From: Catajapyx aquilonaris
Lineage: Eukaryota
Direction of reading: 5' to 3'
Assembly (NCBI GenBank): GCA_000934665.2
Contig: KZ538464.1
Span: 1 to 64,000, forward strand
DNA: 64,000 bases
In this document: piece by piece, positions 52,701 through 64,000 of the stretch
Layout of the letters: each line of letters begins with the position of its first letter
Position numbering within the stretch: position 1 is the first letter of the stretch
Made by a program: the position numbers and the translations under genes
The notes under the pieces: model-generated
What the model saw: the letters and a program-made list of their open reading frames with translations, nothing else
Database searches by the model: none
Told to the model about the DNA's origin: nothing

Positions 52701-54225
52701 TCATTATTTGTGACTGGAGAAATAAGTGCATAAAACTGACAAAAACTTCACATTTGCATAATGCACTTATGAAACAGGTTATTGCGTTATTCTATAATGT
52801 CAATAATTATCAATGGTGGGCACAGCTAACCGAAAAATCAGCTTCTCTAACAGCTGATCAGCTAACTATAAAAAATTGGATTTGCTAAATAGCTAATGCT
52901 AAATGGCTAGAAAATTAGTTAAAGCTAATGCTAACAGCTAACTTCCTTTTTTTTGCTCTATGACCCTTAAAAACCAGACCTAAGCTGATAAAGCCTAGAG
53001 AGCATTGTTATACATACGCCTTATTTAGTTATTTACTGTTCCGTACAAAAAGTAATAAACAAATCCAAAGAGGTAAAAAGTTTATGTGTCTCAGAAGAAA
53101 GCTACAAAGACAGGCAAGGCAAAATAATTTATATTAAAAAACTGGTAGCTATAATATATGAAGGGCTCGGGAGTAAACAATGGTAAGGGATATGTAAAAC
53201 CCATAGCCTACCCTTACCCACCCTTACCATTGTTTACTCCCGAACCCTTCATATAATCCGCACTTTAAAAAGGAACAGACAGCGAGACAGGAATCGCAGA
53301 ATGTTAAACTTTATTAGCCCCAAAGCCTCCCACCGATCTTCTTCAGGTAAACTCCTCTCATTACTGCCACACGTGAAAATCACTGAAATAATAGGAAAAA
53401 ACAGTGGCATAATCTCTCCTCGTCAAGTCCCCCTTTTTCATTCATTGGGTCATTGCTCAAGAACAAATGCAGATTTAAAAACTGCAACTCGTATTTACTA
53501 TCTTCATTAATGTGGTTATCAAAATATTAACTTACCTGGTAACGAAAAGCAACCTCCCACTCACGGCAACCAACACTATGCCACCAAGTGCAAAACATCA
53601 AAATTTCAACAATAATAATTTATTTTACGGGCCTTACAGCAACAAATCGCGAATTATCTTCGTGATTATCAACCTTGTACATTTATCAATGTAATGGAAT
53701 ATGCCTCATTTCGCTAGTTTACGCCCGCTGCCAGTAGGGAGCATTGTTGTCCCAAAAAACGCGCTGGCATAATTTCTCCTCGCATTGCACAATCTCCCGC
53801 CGTTTGACGGTGGACGGTGGTTTGGACAAGGGCCACATACTGAAATAATTCACTGAAAAAAGGCTGATTCCCCCCCNAAATTTCGTGAATGGCCCCCGCC
53901 CACCAGTGTTGCGCAATCGGGCTGAAATTTTATATTTCACATCAACAACCATGATTTTTTTTCAGCAAAATCGGAGATGGTCAAGCAACACTTTGACTCA
54001 GTTGAGCTGGAATGACCCCTGGGTAATACCTCAAATAGAGGTCTGCACTACCCAAATTATTTATTATAATAATTAATAATTCATACCACGTTATCAGCCG
54101 GCGGCTCTTTAGGGGGGATTTTTTTGACTGGAACTCTTCGTTTCGTTTTTACTGCGCTTTTTGAGAAAGGATAGGAAAGGAAGGAGGCGGCTGTGGCCTA
54201 TTAGTTTAGGAAACAACTCCGGAAA

Positions 54226-54267
<42 letters not shown>

Positions 54268-55999
54268 GTTGTTGTTGTTGTTATTATTAATACAGTTGGC
54301 TTTCTTCCTTTCATACAGGTCATTGTAGCTGTTGGTGGCGAGGATGACAAGGTTGTGCTTCGATCGGTAGAGTGCTGCGACCCGATTACGATGCACTGGC
54401 GTACCCTGGCCTGCTTACCATTTGCAGTCAGGTGAGTTGAGTCTTTTGCAACTAATACAAAAATTGGCACATGTAAGTTTGTGAAGAGAGGAGATGACAT
54501 GGAAGATGCAAAAGATGTTAGGTGTAAATAGTCCTTGATGGTGTCAAATAGAGAATTGAAAACTCGAATTGCAAAAGACAGGATCTCTTCCAGCACTGTT
54601 TTTGCTGAGTATCATGACAATAAATTTATCAGTGGAAGTTGGTTCTAATAATAAAAGTGAAATTGTTTTCTCTTTCTTCCCTTACTCGTGAAACTAGGCT
54701 TTAAAGTAATGCAACATTTTTTTTTGCATTTCACATGGTCACATGAAGCCCATGTGTATTCTAGCTCATATGTAACTACCTGCTACAGCACTGCATTATT
54801 CAAATAATCTTGGTAATCCTAATACTAATAATCACATTTAAAAAACAGGATAGGCCAACTGGGTGGTACTTTGAGAGGTACTATCGGTGCGGAAATGGTA
54901 TGGACACTTGTCAGTGGTCAGCTTACCCCCTAGTGTCCGTACCATTTCTGTGCAGATAGTACATGTAGTTGTTGTTGGAGCTGTTTTGTTTGGTGGTAGA
55001 ACAGGTACTATACTTCAAGTGTGGATATGGGGTGATTCCAAGTGAAGCTGAGACACCATGTGGTCTTTTGGTGTTTGTGCTAGATATTAGTCTTGTATTA
55101 CTTTGCAGAGCCATAATATCAGTAATTGCCTCAACAGCAAACATGGGTTGGTAACATCTGGCTGGAATACAGTGTACATGGCTGGTGGGGAATTTCCTGA
55201 TGGGAGTGCCTCACGATTTGTGTGGCGCTTTGACCCCGTACTAGATGTGTGGCAAGAAATGACACCCATGCAAGTTCCACGCTCTGAATTAGGTATGAAG
55301 TGCAGCCAAACAGTAAGGATGGATCCAATTTATTGGGATGAGCATATTTCAGGTTTGGCTATGCTAGATGGCTATGTGTATGCTGTTGGAGGCTGGGAAG
55401 GGGCTTCTCGCCTGGACTCGGTGGAACGATACAATCCCCAAACTAATACCTGGCAGTTTGTTGCACCGATGAAGATGGCAGTTACCAGTCCGGCAGTTGT
55501 ATCTCATGATGGGTTTTTGTATGTCATTGGTGGTGCTATTATGGAAGAGGGGGATGGAATTGAGCTTGTTATGAGATATGACCCTAGGAGCAATTCATGG
55601 TCAGATCTGGCCCCCATGCTTATACCTCGCAGTGGATCAGCTGCTTGTGTTCTGAATGGCTCCATATATGTTGTTGGTAAGTAGCGAGTAAGAGGGATTA
55701 AATAGCTGATGTAACAAATACTCATTTCAGGTGGATGGCATGCCTCAACAGAGAATACAGACAAAGTGGAACGTTATAATGTGCAACAGGACGTGTGGGA
55801 ATTTTGTTCTGCAATGCATGAGAAGAGGTATCGCCCTGGAGTCGTCGTCATTGATGGGCACATTTTTGTGCTAGGAGGAGAAGAAGGGTGGGACAGGTAC
55901 CATGATACCATTGAGCGTTACGATGCTAGTCTGAATGTGTGGGAGGTGGTAGGTGAGATGCCTACATCAAGATCATCTCTTAGCTGTGTGTCACTTCAG
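33396..55999 (+). CDS. Kelch-like protein (BTB-BACK-6xKelch, Cullin3 adaptor type); last exon not resolved
   Basis: Exons 33358-33469 (ATG 33396), 42841-42943, 43294-43416, 49274-49575, 49635-49806, 49865-50062, 54319-54431, 55138-55292, 55353-55676, 55731-55999; all phases compatible. BTB ([22 protein letters not shown]), BACK ([31 protein letters not shown]), Kelch blades (VYAVGG..VERYNP..W). Confidence 0.92.
33876..34389. mobile_element. PIF/Harbinger-like MITE (TAA TSD)
   Basis: taa|gggccggttgcaccagtcgcggtatatgg ... ccatataccgcgactggtgcaaccggata|taa. Confidence 0.85.
34490..35048. mobile_element. pogo/Tigger-like MITE (TA TSD)
   Basis: ta|cagttaaatcctgataactcgaa ... ttcgagttatcgggatttcactg|ta. 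Confidence 0.85.
35960..36075 (-). mobile_element. hAT transposase C-terminal remnant
   Basis: [34 protein letters not shown] resembles the hAT dimerisation end (K.RSRLTD.HL.ACL.IATT..P...KLV). Confidence 0.65.
36894..37580. mobile_element. Foldback/MITE with ~300-bp TIRs and CACT termini
   Basis: 36894-37192 is the reverse complement of 37277-37580 at high identity; no clear TSD. Confidence 0.8.
38811..39507 (+). mobile_element. Tc1/mariner derivative with transposase remnant
   Basis: ta|cagggtcatc..aaaagaatgtcc TIRs; internal [12 protein letters not shown] (cf. WPPRSPDLTPxDFF) and TNGANIET C-terminus. Confidence 0.85.
40846..42763. mobile_element. piggyBac-like element with nested repeats and an N gap
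   Basis: ttaa|cccagatatg ... catatctggg|ttaa; recurrent gtgtcccctataggggacac-like palindromes; nested hAT and pogo-like fragments at ~41650-42320. Confidence 0.7.
42969..43130. mobile_element. Short hairpin MITE in Kelch intron
   Basis: cagtgttggacattaatc...gaatc / gattc...gattaatgtccgacactg arms of ~65 bp. Confidence 0.75.
44783..44963 (-). mobile_element. tRNA-derived SINE, second family
   Basis: - strand head gtggtggagtgg..ggactgctaatc..ggttcgagtccc; homologous to 63822-63999 and 54167-54225. Confidence 0.85.
44997..46500. mobile_element. Large palindromic Tc1/mariner derivative (~700-bp arms)
   Basis: ta|cagggtgtatcagagtcacaggtcaag ... cttgacctgtgactctgatggaccctg|ta; both arms encode the HTH remnant [26 protein letters not shown]. 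Confidence 0.9.
48041..49078. mobile_element. mariner derivative with transposase remnants
   Basis: ta|cgagggctatt ... aatagtcctcg|ta; [22 protein letters not shown] on +; [24 protein letters not shown] on -. Confidence 0.85.
50434..50997. mobile_element. Tc1/mariner-type palindromic MITE
   Basis: ta|cagggtgttaatgaattcaatc ... gattgaattcattaacaccctg|ta with ~190-bp arms. Confidence 0.9.
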
Positions 56000-56570
56000 G
56001 TATGTTGTATTTTTAAATGCATTTCTAATATTACCATGTGACAAAAGTGAATGCTGTGTGTCTGTAAGGTTTCTTTAAAAAAATTCTGTCAAAAATCTAT
56101 TTAGTCACATTATGGCACAGGTATTTAGTTACCACTACAAGGAAACATCACATCCTTAACCTTTTAGAACAATGGAACCAGGTTTTAAAAGCCACATGGA
56201 GCACTCATTGCCATACATTCCTTCTTATCTTCTTACTCCCTACGCTCTTAACCACCAGAAATTTTATGGAGGTGGCAAAAAAGTGAAGGTCACTCTGTGG
56301 AGGCCTGTGGACAATTCTCTTAAGTTGCTCTGCTTGAAATGTTGGAACAGGATGCATGAGATAGCCTTACTGCACATGGCATTACTCAAGTTTTGAGCAG
56401 TTCAAGTGGTGCTTCTTGGCACAGCTGTACCATGGTCTTGCAGGGCTATACTACACACACGCCTCCAAGCGAGCTTTTGTCTAGAATCAGAGGGTGGGTG
56501 TTTGCACATGCTAGGCAATTCCGAGAGATGATTGGGTTGCTTTGTTTTGCAGGATTTACATGCATTAGAG

Positions 56571-56786
56571 CAGTGGTTCCCAACCTTTTTCGGGTTGCCA
56601 CCCTCTTTTATGATAGTCAAGTAACCTGCGCGCACCCCCCCCNNNNNNNNNNCCCGCCCCCGAGTGTTAGTGGGTGTTGGAAAAACTATTTGGTACTTTA
56701 TTAGTTATTTTTTAATTTATAAAAATAACTGCGGCCATGCGCGACCCCCCTGGAAAAGGCTGCGACCCACAGGTTGGGAACCACTG
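56571..56786. mobile_element. hAT (Charlie-like) MITE
   Basis: cagtggttcccaacct ... aggttgggaaccactg with 8-bp TSD cattagag. Confidence 0.92.
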
Positions 56787-57281
56787 CATTAGAGTATGGT
56801 TTGAGGGGCGTTTACAAAGCCATATTGGGTCCCTGCATCCTGAACATCCGTGCTTCCGGCCAGGCTGCATGTAACAAATGCTGGCTGTTCAGCCCCACTG
56901 TGTCCTGTCAGGTCATTGTGCCAGTCTGTGCATCTCCATGTATGACAAGTCATTCCTCTCCATGTACAGGGTGACCCAAAAGTCTGGATGCATATGTAAT
57001 ATGATTGTATTGTTGGTTGCTAGTTGTGGGGTCATTCCACGTCAATCCTGTAAATGGTGGTGGCTCGACCCCTTCCAATGTAACTGAAAAAAATCAGGTG
57101 GGTAGGAATCCACACCTTATTGCAAAATTCTAAATTTGAGGCCACTGGAGTCAAATCTCATGGAGATATAACAATGGAAAGTTCAACAATGATGTCCACA
57201 TAAAGTGTTTTTAACTGTTCAGACTGTCCTCCCAACACCAACACAGGACACAGTGCAGTGGTCCTGTCCATTTTAAAAATA

Positions 57282-57998
57282 CAGTGAAACCTGCCCATAA
57301 CGGACCCTGGATATAGCGGAAACCTATCCATTACGGAATTTTTTCCGGGAACAGGCATATGCATAGGGCATACAATGTATTTTTTGACGGATATAACTGA
57401 ACCTGCCCAACGCGGAAACTAAAGGGATTTTTGACTCCCTTCAGAGAAAATCCCTGTTCATAGCGGAAATCAAAAGGTTCGCATTATATCCTGCAAGTCA
57501 CAAAAATAGAAACTACAGCCGGGTTCACTATCCGCAATTCCAGGTGGCCTCTGAGTAACCCCTTTTGGACCACGTGTGTCTAGTAATTTCTGGAATTGCT
57601 ATGGCCTGTGGCCTTGAAATAAATGGTGAGGAGAGGGGGACTATTTTTGGTTGCGAAACTCGAAAATCTGCTTTTGGGACAGGCCAAGAAGATGTGACTC
57701 ATGTGACTCGTAGGTGCCTTTTAGTTCACGGTTCAGTCCAGTTATGTCGGAGAGGAGGAAGGGGTTGACACGGGTTCAACATATTGCCAGAATCCGGGCT
57801 GATGGTACAATGGAGCAGGCAAAGTTAGGATTTTGCACCATATTGAGGTAAGGTGCTTATTTTTGCTCTCCCAATTTTCCTGTCTTTCTCGCGAGCAAAA
57901 AAAATGAGTAACTTCCTTGATCTGGTTATAGCGGAAACCTGTCCATAGTGGAAAAATTATGGGGTCCCGTGCGATTCCGCTATACACAGGTTTCACTG
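57282..57998. mobile_element. pogo/Tigger-like MITE
   Basis: ta|cagtgaaacctg ... caggtttcactg|ta with repeated gcggaaacct motifs. Confidence 0.85.
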
Positions 57999-58943
57999 TA
58001 TAAGAAACCTGAATAATGTCTTCATCTGGTACCTCGTGAAACAGGTCACTATTGTGCTCCTTGCCAATATGACAGCCACCTGTGAGATGCCTGCGATCCT
58101 GCTGTATCAGGGGAAATCTATTTGAAGGGTAGTGAAGTAATTTCTAACCCACAGTTTAAATGCCATGTCAGGGGCAGATGCTGGGCATGACCATGATGTT
58201 AAAATGTTGTTGAATAGTGCCATCCTTTGTGCATAAATGCTGGAAATTTGGAAAGCGTCATTTGCAATGGAAGCTACGATTCATACATCATGTCAGTTGC
58301 TGCCTTCTGGGGCACAGTGGTCCACAGACCAGTGAGCACCTTTTTGTGGACAACCCTTTTGCCTCTGTACAGCACTTAATGTCATCGTAGTTTTATATAG
58401 TACTAATGGTAGTATGAAAGAAAGTTCATTCAGCAAAGGATGTGGCAGGACAAGGTCAGCATTCCTGAGAGAGAAAATGTTTCACTTGTGTCTGCAGGTT
58501 GCAGTAACATAAGTCCCTTTTATTTATTTACTGTTTATTTAGAGGGGTTAGATGTAGGATAAAAAATAAAATGTACTTCTTGTGTGAATTAGGGGTCCCA
58601 ATCACTTCCACTGTGCCTTGTAGAACACGTGCAGGTGTATGAATTTATAAACTCCATTACCAGACAGAAACCTGCACCTCTCTTGTTTATAAAATCAAGC
58701 AATCAGGCAATACCATTGGACTTAGTGGATGTCCGTAGTAAAGTTAATGTTGTATACAAACCATAATATAGTAATGAGAATGGATAAATAATTAACTGTG
58801 TAACTTTTGTTACCAGAAAGTACATTTTATACTTGAAAGTTTTTTGTCGCGAAATCGTCGTTAATCTCGAAAAACAGGCAAAAATGTTTGGCCTTTAGAA
58901 TGGTACCATACTCGACACGATTGCATTAAAATTGCGGACATAT

Positions 58944-59815
58944 CCTCCTGAGACCTGATGTCGACTTCTGTCGACATCCGTAAAAAAAAATTTGGCGCCA
59001 GCTAGTGATGCCAACAGAACTGTAATCTGTTGGTATCCCATGATTACAATCTGGCCTCAATAGGTGTAGCCACCTAGTGTCGATTATCTGACTTTGGCAG
59101 CGGAAATTAAATCATGAAAATGGCGGATTCCGCTGCTGAAGCTAGGCGCTCATCTGATAAGTTTTATTTTTTTACTCATATTTAGAATGCGATTTTTGCA
59201 ATGCAGTGAATGTCCTGGGATTCTCAAGGAATGTGTATTAGGAAATACGAAAAGATGTGTCTGTGACAATCTTGGTTGCTGTAGAGAACTGGTAATAATT
59301 TTCTTTTCTTCTTGAGACCAAATGTCCATTTTAATGGACATCCGATTTTATTTTTTTTTGCTGAATGGGCTGTACCTGTAGACCCATAAGGAAGTGTGCT
59401 TTGCACTATACAGTTCAGTTTTAAAATCTAGAATAATGAGGTACCATGCTAAGGGGTAAGAAGGGAAGGAGCAAGCCCCATGCCTGGAGTGGTGGCATTC
59501 AAAGATAATTTCATTTATCTTTAATTGTCTTCTGAGAGTAATTGCTACCACGAATTCCACAAATGAATTTAAAAAACATTGTTTTGAGGATAGAGCACTA
59601 TGTTAGTGATAATTGAGTGGTATTTAAATTTTCAGCTTTCATCCGTTCTGCTTTTGTAGCACCAATTGGGTCCTAATGTTCTCATTGGTTGTTTGTCATT
59701 AGTTTTGTCAATATTTTAAAACTAATTTTTTTTTCTCGTTTCTTATTGGGAAAATGTTCAGAAAATGCAATAGGAACTGAAATTGCGTTAATAATTCTTC
59801 CCGGGTCTCAGGAGG
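58944..59815. mobile_element. piggyBac-like element flanked by ATAT
   Basis: atat|cctcctgagacc ... ggtctcaggagg|atat. Confidence 0.7.
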
Positions 59816-62548
59816 ATATAGCCGCAGAAATGTGTCCGATTTTTCGCGATTCTTGCCGCCATGTTAATCAAATGGACTTTTAGAAGACACTGTTTTCTGC
59901 TGACTTCAACTCGCCGTAAAGGTCATTTCTAGGCCGAAAATGGTTAAAAGACGAACTGCAGGTGCCCAGGCCAAATCATCTACTTTTTTGATACAATTTC
60001 TGTGTCGATTATTGAACCATTTTTGCAGCCGTACAGAGTGTATGTTTTCGGTTGGAAACCAATGATCTGGTGTGTTTTCTGTCACTACAAGTTGTTGAGT
60101 GATGGAGGTTATTTTTGAGACGTTTTGACACTCCATGTATATATTGCAGGTGCGCAAAGACATGATGAAGGACAAGTCCTGACGATCTCGAAAGTACCAG
60201 TTCCATCTTGGATTCAGCCTACCTCGCCATGTTTGGCGCTCCAAGACACTTTCTTTATCTTTTTCTAAAAGCCGATAGTTTAGTACATACATCAAAGCCA
60301 AAGTACAACCTCCTCATCTTCTGATGCATTAGGCGATTAGGGTATTGGAAAAATTTTGTAAGTAGGGGTGCACTGATGTTGCTCTTTCTTGTGATGCCAA
60401 TATAATATGGAGACTGATGTTACTGATATCAATTACTGAGATTGTGTTGAAAATAATATTTCAGTGCATGACACACAAACTGCCAAAATTTCAAAGGTGT
60501 CAGTTCTAGAAATGTTTTCGTTTGTAACACAGTTTATGGCAGCTAACTGCTTGGCACCCATGTTACCATGTTTGCCTCTCACAGACCCTCACCTTTAGGC
60601 ATGATAGTGACATGACACTGCAGTTATTTTTCTGATTCAGTTCTGGCAACTACGGAACCCTCCTTACCATAATCATGTGTTTACATAGGATGAAAGCAAA
60701 AATGATGACTGCAGAAATTGTCACAAATGTGCAATAACAGTCTCTTTCTTTTAAACATCATTTATTCATGATTTATTGGTGTCAGTGACTCCCCTTGTAT
60801 GTGTTGTCATTTTATAATGTTTCCATGTGGTATCAGAATTTTGGGATAATTTTACTGATACCTGCAATTGCATTTTTACTTAATGTCAGTCTGCCTCTAC
60901 CATTTGTGCAATGCTGTAAATTCCCAGTGTTAATTTTAACAGCTTTCAGATCTACAGTCAAAGCTAGTCATCCAAATTGGATGAAGTCATGAAAATGGTT
61001 GCACTGAACCAGCCCCCTGTCACTCCTCTAATACGGTCATGTAATATCTGTGTCCCATCGTTTGCTAGGCCACCATCTTGATCAAGGTGCAACACGGGTG
61101 GTAGGTAGCGGGTGAGTCTGCCGCAGTCTGCTGATGGGCTCGATCTTTCTTTGCTTCCGCAGACTTACCACTTCGGTGCACCTTGAACAAGATGCGGTAT
61201 AGCGAAGGCTGTAGCACTGCCAGCGCCAAAATCCGGACTGGCGGAGGCACAGGAATTAAACTACTGTATCCATACGGATAGGGGGGAAGTGACAGGGGGC
61301 TGCACTGAACAGAGATGGTGCATGTTATACATTATCAAACAAGACCAATGCTATTCAGAGGCCCTCAGAGGGACCACTATAGAATGACTTCGATTGAAGC
61401 AGCAGTGCATTTTGAAATATCAGTCTAGTCAGAAGGACTTCATTGTAACTGCCTGCTCATATGCAGTTGAAGTGGAAAGAGTGACAAAGTTGGGAATATG
61501 GTCAACAAGTATCCACCACTACCGTATTGTGGGCAAATAGTTCTTATAATTATTGAGATTTGAATAATGGGTGGTTCTTCACATGGAAAGATGTGGAGAA
61601 CACTATGTGGTTAGCCCTAGGGGTACCGGTCAGTAACGGGTAGTTGTCACATGGTACCTGATATCATAATCCATTTTAGTGCAATTCATGTTGAGATTAA
61701 CAAAATTGCATTGCAGTATTGATAACAAAGCTGGATTGCCCAAGTGATTTTATGTGCCATAAGCAGTATTTTTTTCTTTAGTGTTGGGTGATGTCCTAAG
61801 GCAATGACTTTTAGGTGTGTGTTTTTTGTTTACTTGATTGATTTTTTAAGAGATTTGTGTGGCCTGATCTTAATGGTATCAAAAGTGACTATGTGGAGTG
61901 AACTTTGTAGTTAATTAATACTCAGTCAATATTTCTTTTTTCTTAGTGTTTCAATTTGTATTTCCCTCCTAGAAGGATTTGATTTTGTCCTTTTTAATTT
62001 AAAAATTTTCATCCTAGACACAAGAGTTATATTCAGTGAGACTATTGTCAAGCCTTTACCTAATCGTACTTTTGATTTCTCTTTGATCTGTAGTGTTGTA
62101 GTGAACTTCGTGAATTTAAAAAAAGTTATGTTGTGATGAATGAAAATTGTATTACGCATGCATTACATAAAAAGGCAGGAAAAGTTCTTTTTTGCTCTTT
62201 TTAGTTACTGTGATAGGGGATTGGGAGGACATTTAACCGAGAATGGAAATGTTGTAGCATTATTCAGGTTGCCCTACTTTAAAACTAATGAAGGTATGAC
62301 TGCATTGAGAACGTGTGATGTAACTTAGCTTCCATCTACATTGTAGAAGATGCCAAGTAATGTGTGAAGTTGGTCTGCCAATATGGTAAGGGGGCAGCAC
62401 TATTGGGATTGTGTTTTAACAACAGTACAACCGCATCACTCCCGAACCTGACATATACTGCTAGATATTGCTGAGGGGTGTATAGTCCAAATCTGCAGTG
62501 GAGTTATGGACGGAAGTCTTCACTGTAACCAATCAGGAGTTGCAAGTA

Positions 62549-62990
62549 CAGGGTGAAGGGAAACTTGAAAACAATCGCGAGGTAGACTGATAGTACTCGC
62601 AAAACTAATATAGGAATGTGCAATTAGTTTTGGGCTCCGTTACATAGTTAATGCGTACGGCGCCATCAAAGTTTCATTCCGTTTCACTTCCGTTCCGCCA
62701 GCTTCAATGAAGCAAAAGTCAGCTTGAGGGCCTCCGGTCCCTTGCCTTGGTCCCATAACATATCGTCCATGTGCAATAGGTGATCAAATCCCGTCAGATT
62801 AAGAATCCGGATACGACACCCGTGCACTTTGTCGTTTTACCTCTATTTTACCATCCGGCCCTCTACACTTTAAGGGCGCTGTACGCATTAACTACTCAAT
62901 GGAGCCAAAACCTAATTGCACATCCCTATATTAGTTTTGCGAGTACTATAAGTTTACCTGGTGCTTGTCTGTGAATTTTCCTTCACCCTG
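62549..62990. mobile_element. Tc1/mariner MITE nested in an older inverted-repeat element (~62475-63113)
   Basis: ta|cagggtgaagggaa ... ttttccttcaccctg|ta with ~110-bp arms. Confidence 0.85.
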
Positions 62991-63821
62991 TACATTATGA
63001 ATGTAAATATAAGGATGATAATATACACATGTCATTATCATACGCCAGCTTCATGATTGGTTATAGTGGTTGGCTAACTTCCTCACTGCTGCTATTTTGG
63101 CCTATATGCCCTGTACTTTGAGTTGAATCTGCCAGGAGGAAACGACTTTAGAAATCCAACATAGCCATATCACACCTTTCTTGCTACCTCCCCTTTCCCA
63201 GCACGGATGGATTATAATGTCTTGTTCATTATATTTGCAACTGCTAATCTGCAGATTGTATTGAAATGAGGGCAAGAATAAGAATGATTGTTGTCCACGT
63301 ACCTATTTGAAGGGCTCGGGAAACCTGTGCATTGAAAGGCATAACGCTGAGAAAAATTGACACCTATTAAGAAATTGTCAGACGATGGCAGGCCAGTTCT
63401 GTGCTACATGTCTGTGACAGCAACCCCTCGAACCAAATGATATTTGGATCAGGCAGAATCTTGGGAAAGAAGGCAGAAAGACTGAACATGAAATATAAAA
63501 ACACGATGCCCGAGCCCTTCAACTGATCATTGTGCTGAAGTATAATAAAATTCATATTGATAATTGACTGTTTATTAGTTGTTTTTTTCCTTTTGGTAAT
63601 ACACTATATTGAGTTGCAGAATCTAGCATCTGAAGAGGCTCATTAGGGGGTTATTTGCTAGTGTAAGAAGTTTTACTTTTCACTCAATTTTTCTGGAGAG
63701 GGAGAGCTGCCTTCATGATGATGACTGAGTCTCTTCTCTCTAGTTCAGCCTGCTTAGGGAGATGGGACACTTTTATAATTGATATTAGGGAGGTTGGCCT
63801 GGCATTGCCTCTTCAACCTCC

Positions 63822-63999
63822 AAGGATAGGGAAGGAAGGAAGCGTCTGTGGCCTATTATACGGAAGCGACCCCGGAATTATCCTAGGAAGACCATGGAAA
63901 ACTACAGAAAACCACGGTCAGGATCGTCGGCCCCAGGATTCGAACCCAGGACCTCCCGATTAGCAGTCGGATGCCTTATCCACCATGCCAACCTGCTTC
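63822..63999 (-). mobile_element. tRNA-derived SINE, same family as 44783
   Basis: - strand head tggcatggtgg..gactgctaatc..ggttcgaatcc. Confidence 0.85.
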
Positions 64000-64000
64000 A

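Noticed and set aside
56000..61000. Terminal exon of the Kelch gene (candidate acceptors near 56552, 58497, 60941/60948)
   Set aside because: Several short candidates, none distinguishable without transcripts; left uncalled.
59906..61250. Minus-strand ORFs 59906-60301 and 61065-61250
   Set aside because: No recognisable domain or consistent exon chain; probably TE remnants or UTR.

Overview
Eukaryotic, intron-rich, TE-dense genomic DNA (with N gaps), most likely from a hemimetabolous or early-branching insect; this is inferred from the PABP motifs GKFIPRKEREKELGEK / RKAHLASQ and the SINE families. Splicing the exons by eye gives four + strand genes and one - strand relic: (1) a divergent CLASP/Orbit paralog (TOG3 plus C-terminal CLIP-ID domain, with a ~200-aa acidic heptad repeat between them; its 5' part lies outside the window); (2) a divergent cytoplasmic poly(A)-binding protein paralog with only three RRMs (a chimeric RRM3/4) and no MLLE domain; (3) a divergent Polo/PLK1-type kinase with intact catalytic motifs but no T-loop Thr and no recognisable polo-box; (4) a decayed, spliced SNX9/18/33 (SH3PX1)-like PX-BAR pseudogene on the - strand, not annotated as such in the ORF track; (5) an ordinary-looking BTB-BACK-Kelch gene spanning ~33-56 kb. 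The best candidate for an undescribed system is the 31-kb cluster of rewired paralogs of cell-division and translation genes (1-4), which also holds a near-perfect 222-bp-arm hairpin. The rest is RTE LINEs (one 5'-inverted), tRNA-derived SINEs, a Helitron remnant, and many Tc1/mariner, pogo-like, piggyBac-like, Harbinger-like and hAT MITEs, several built from two copies of the same transposon end. No rRNA, genuine tRNA or CRISPR array was seen. All homology calls come from remembered motifs, not from database searches.
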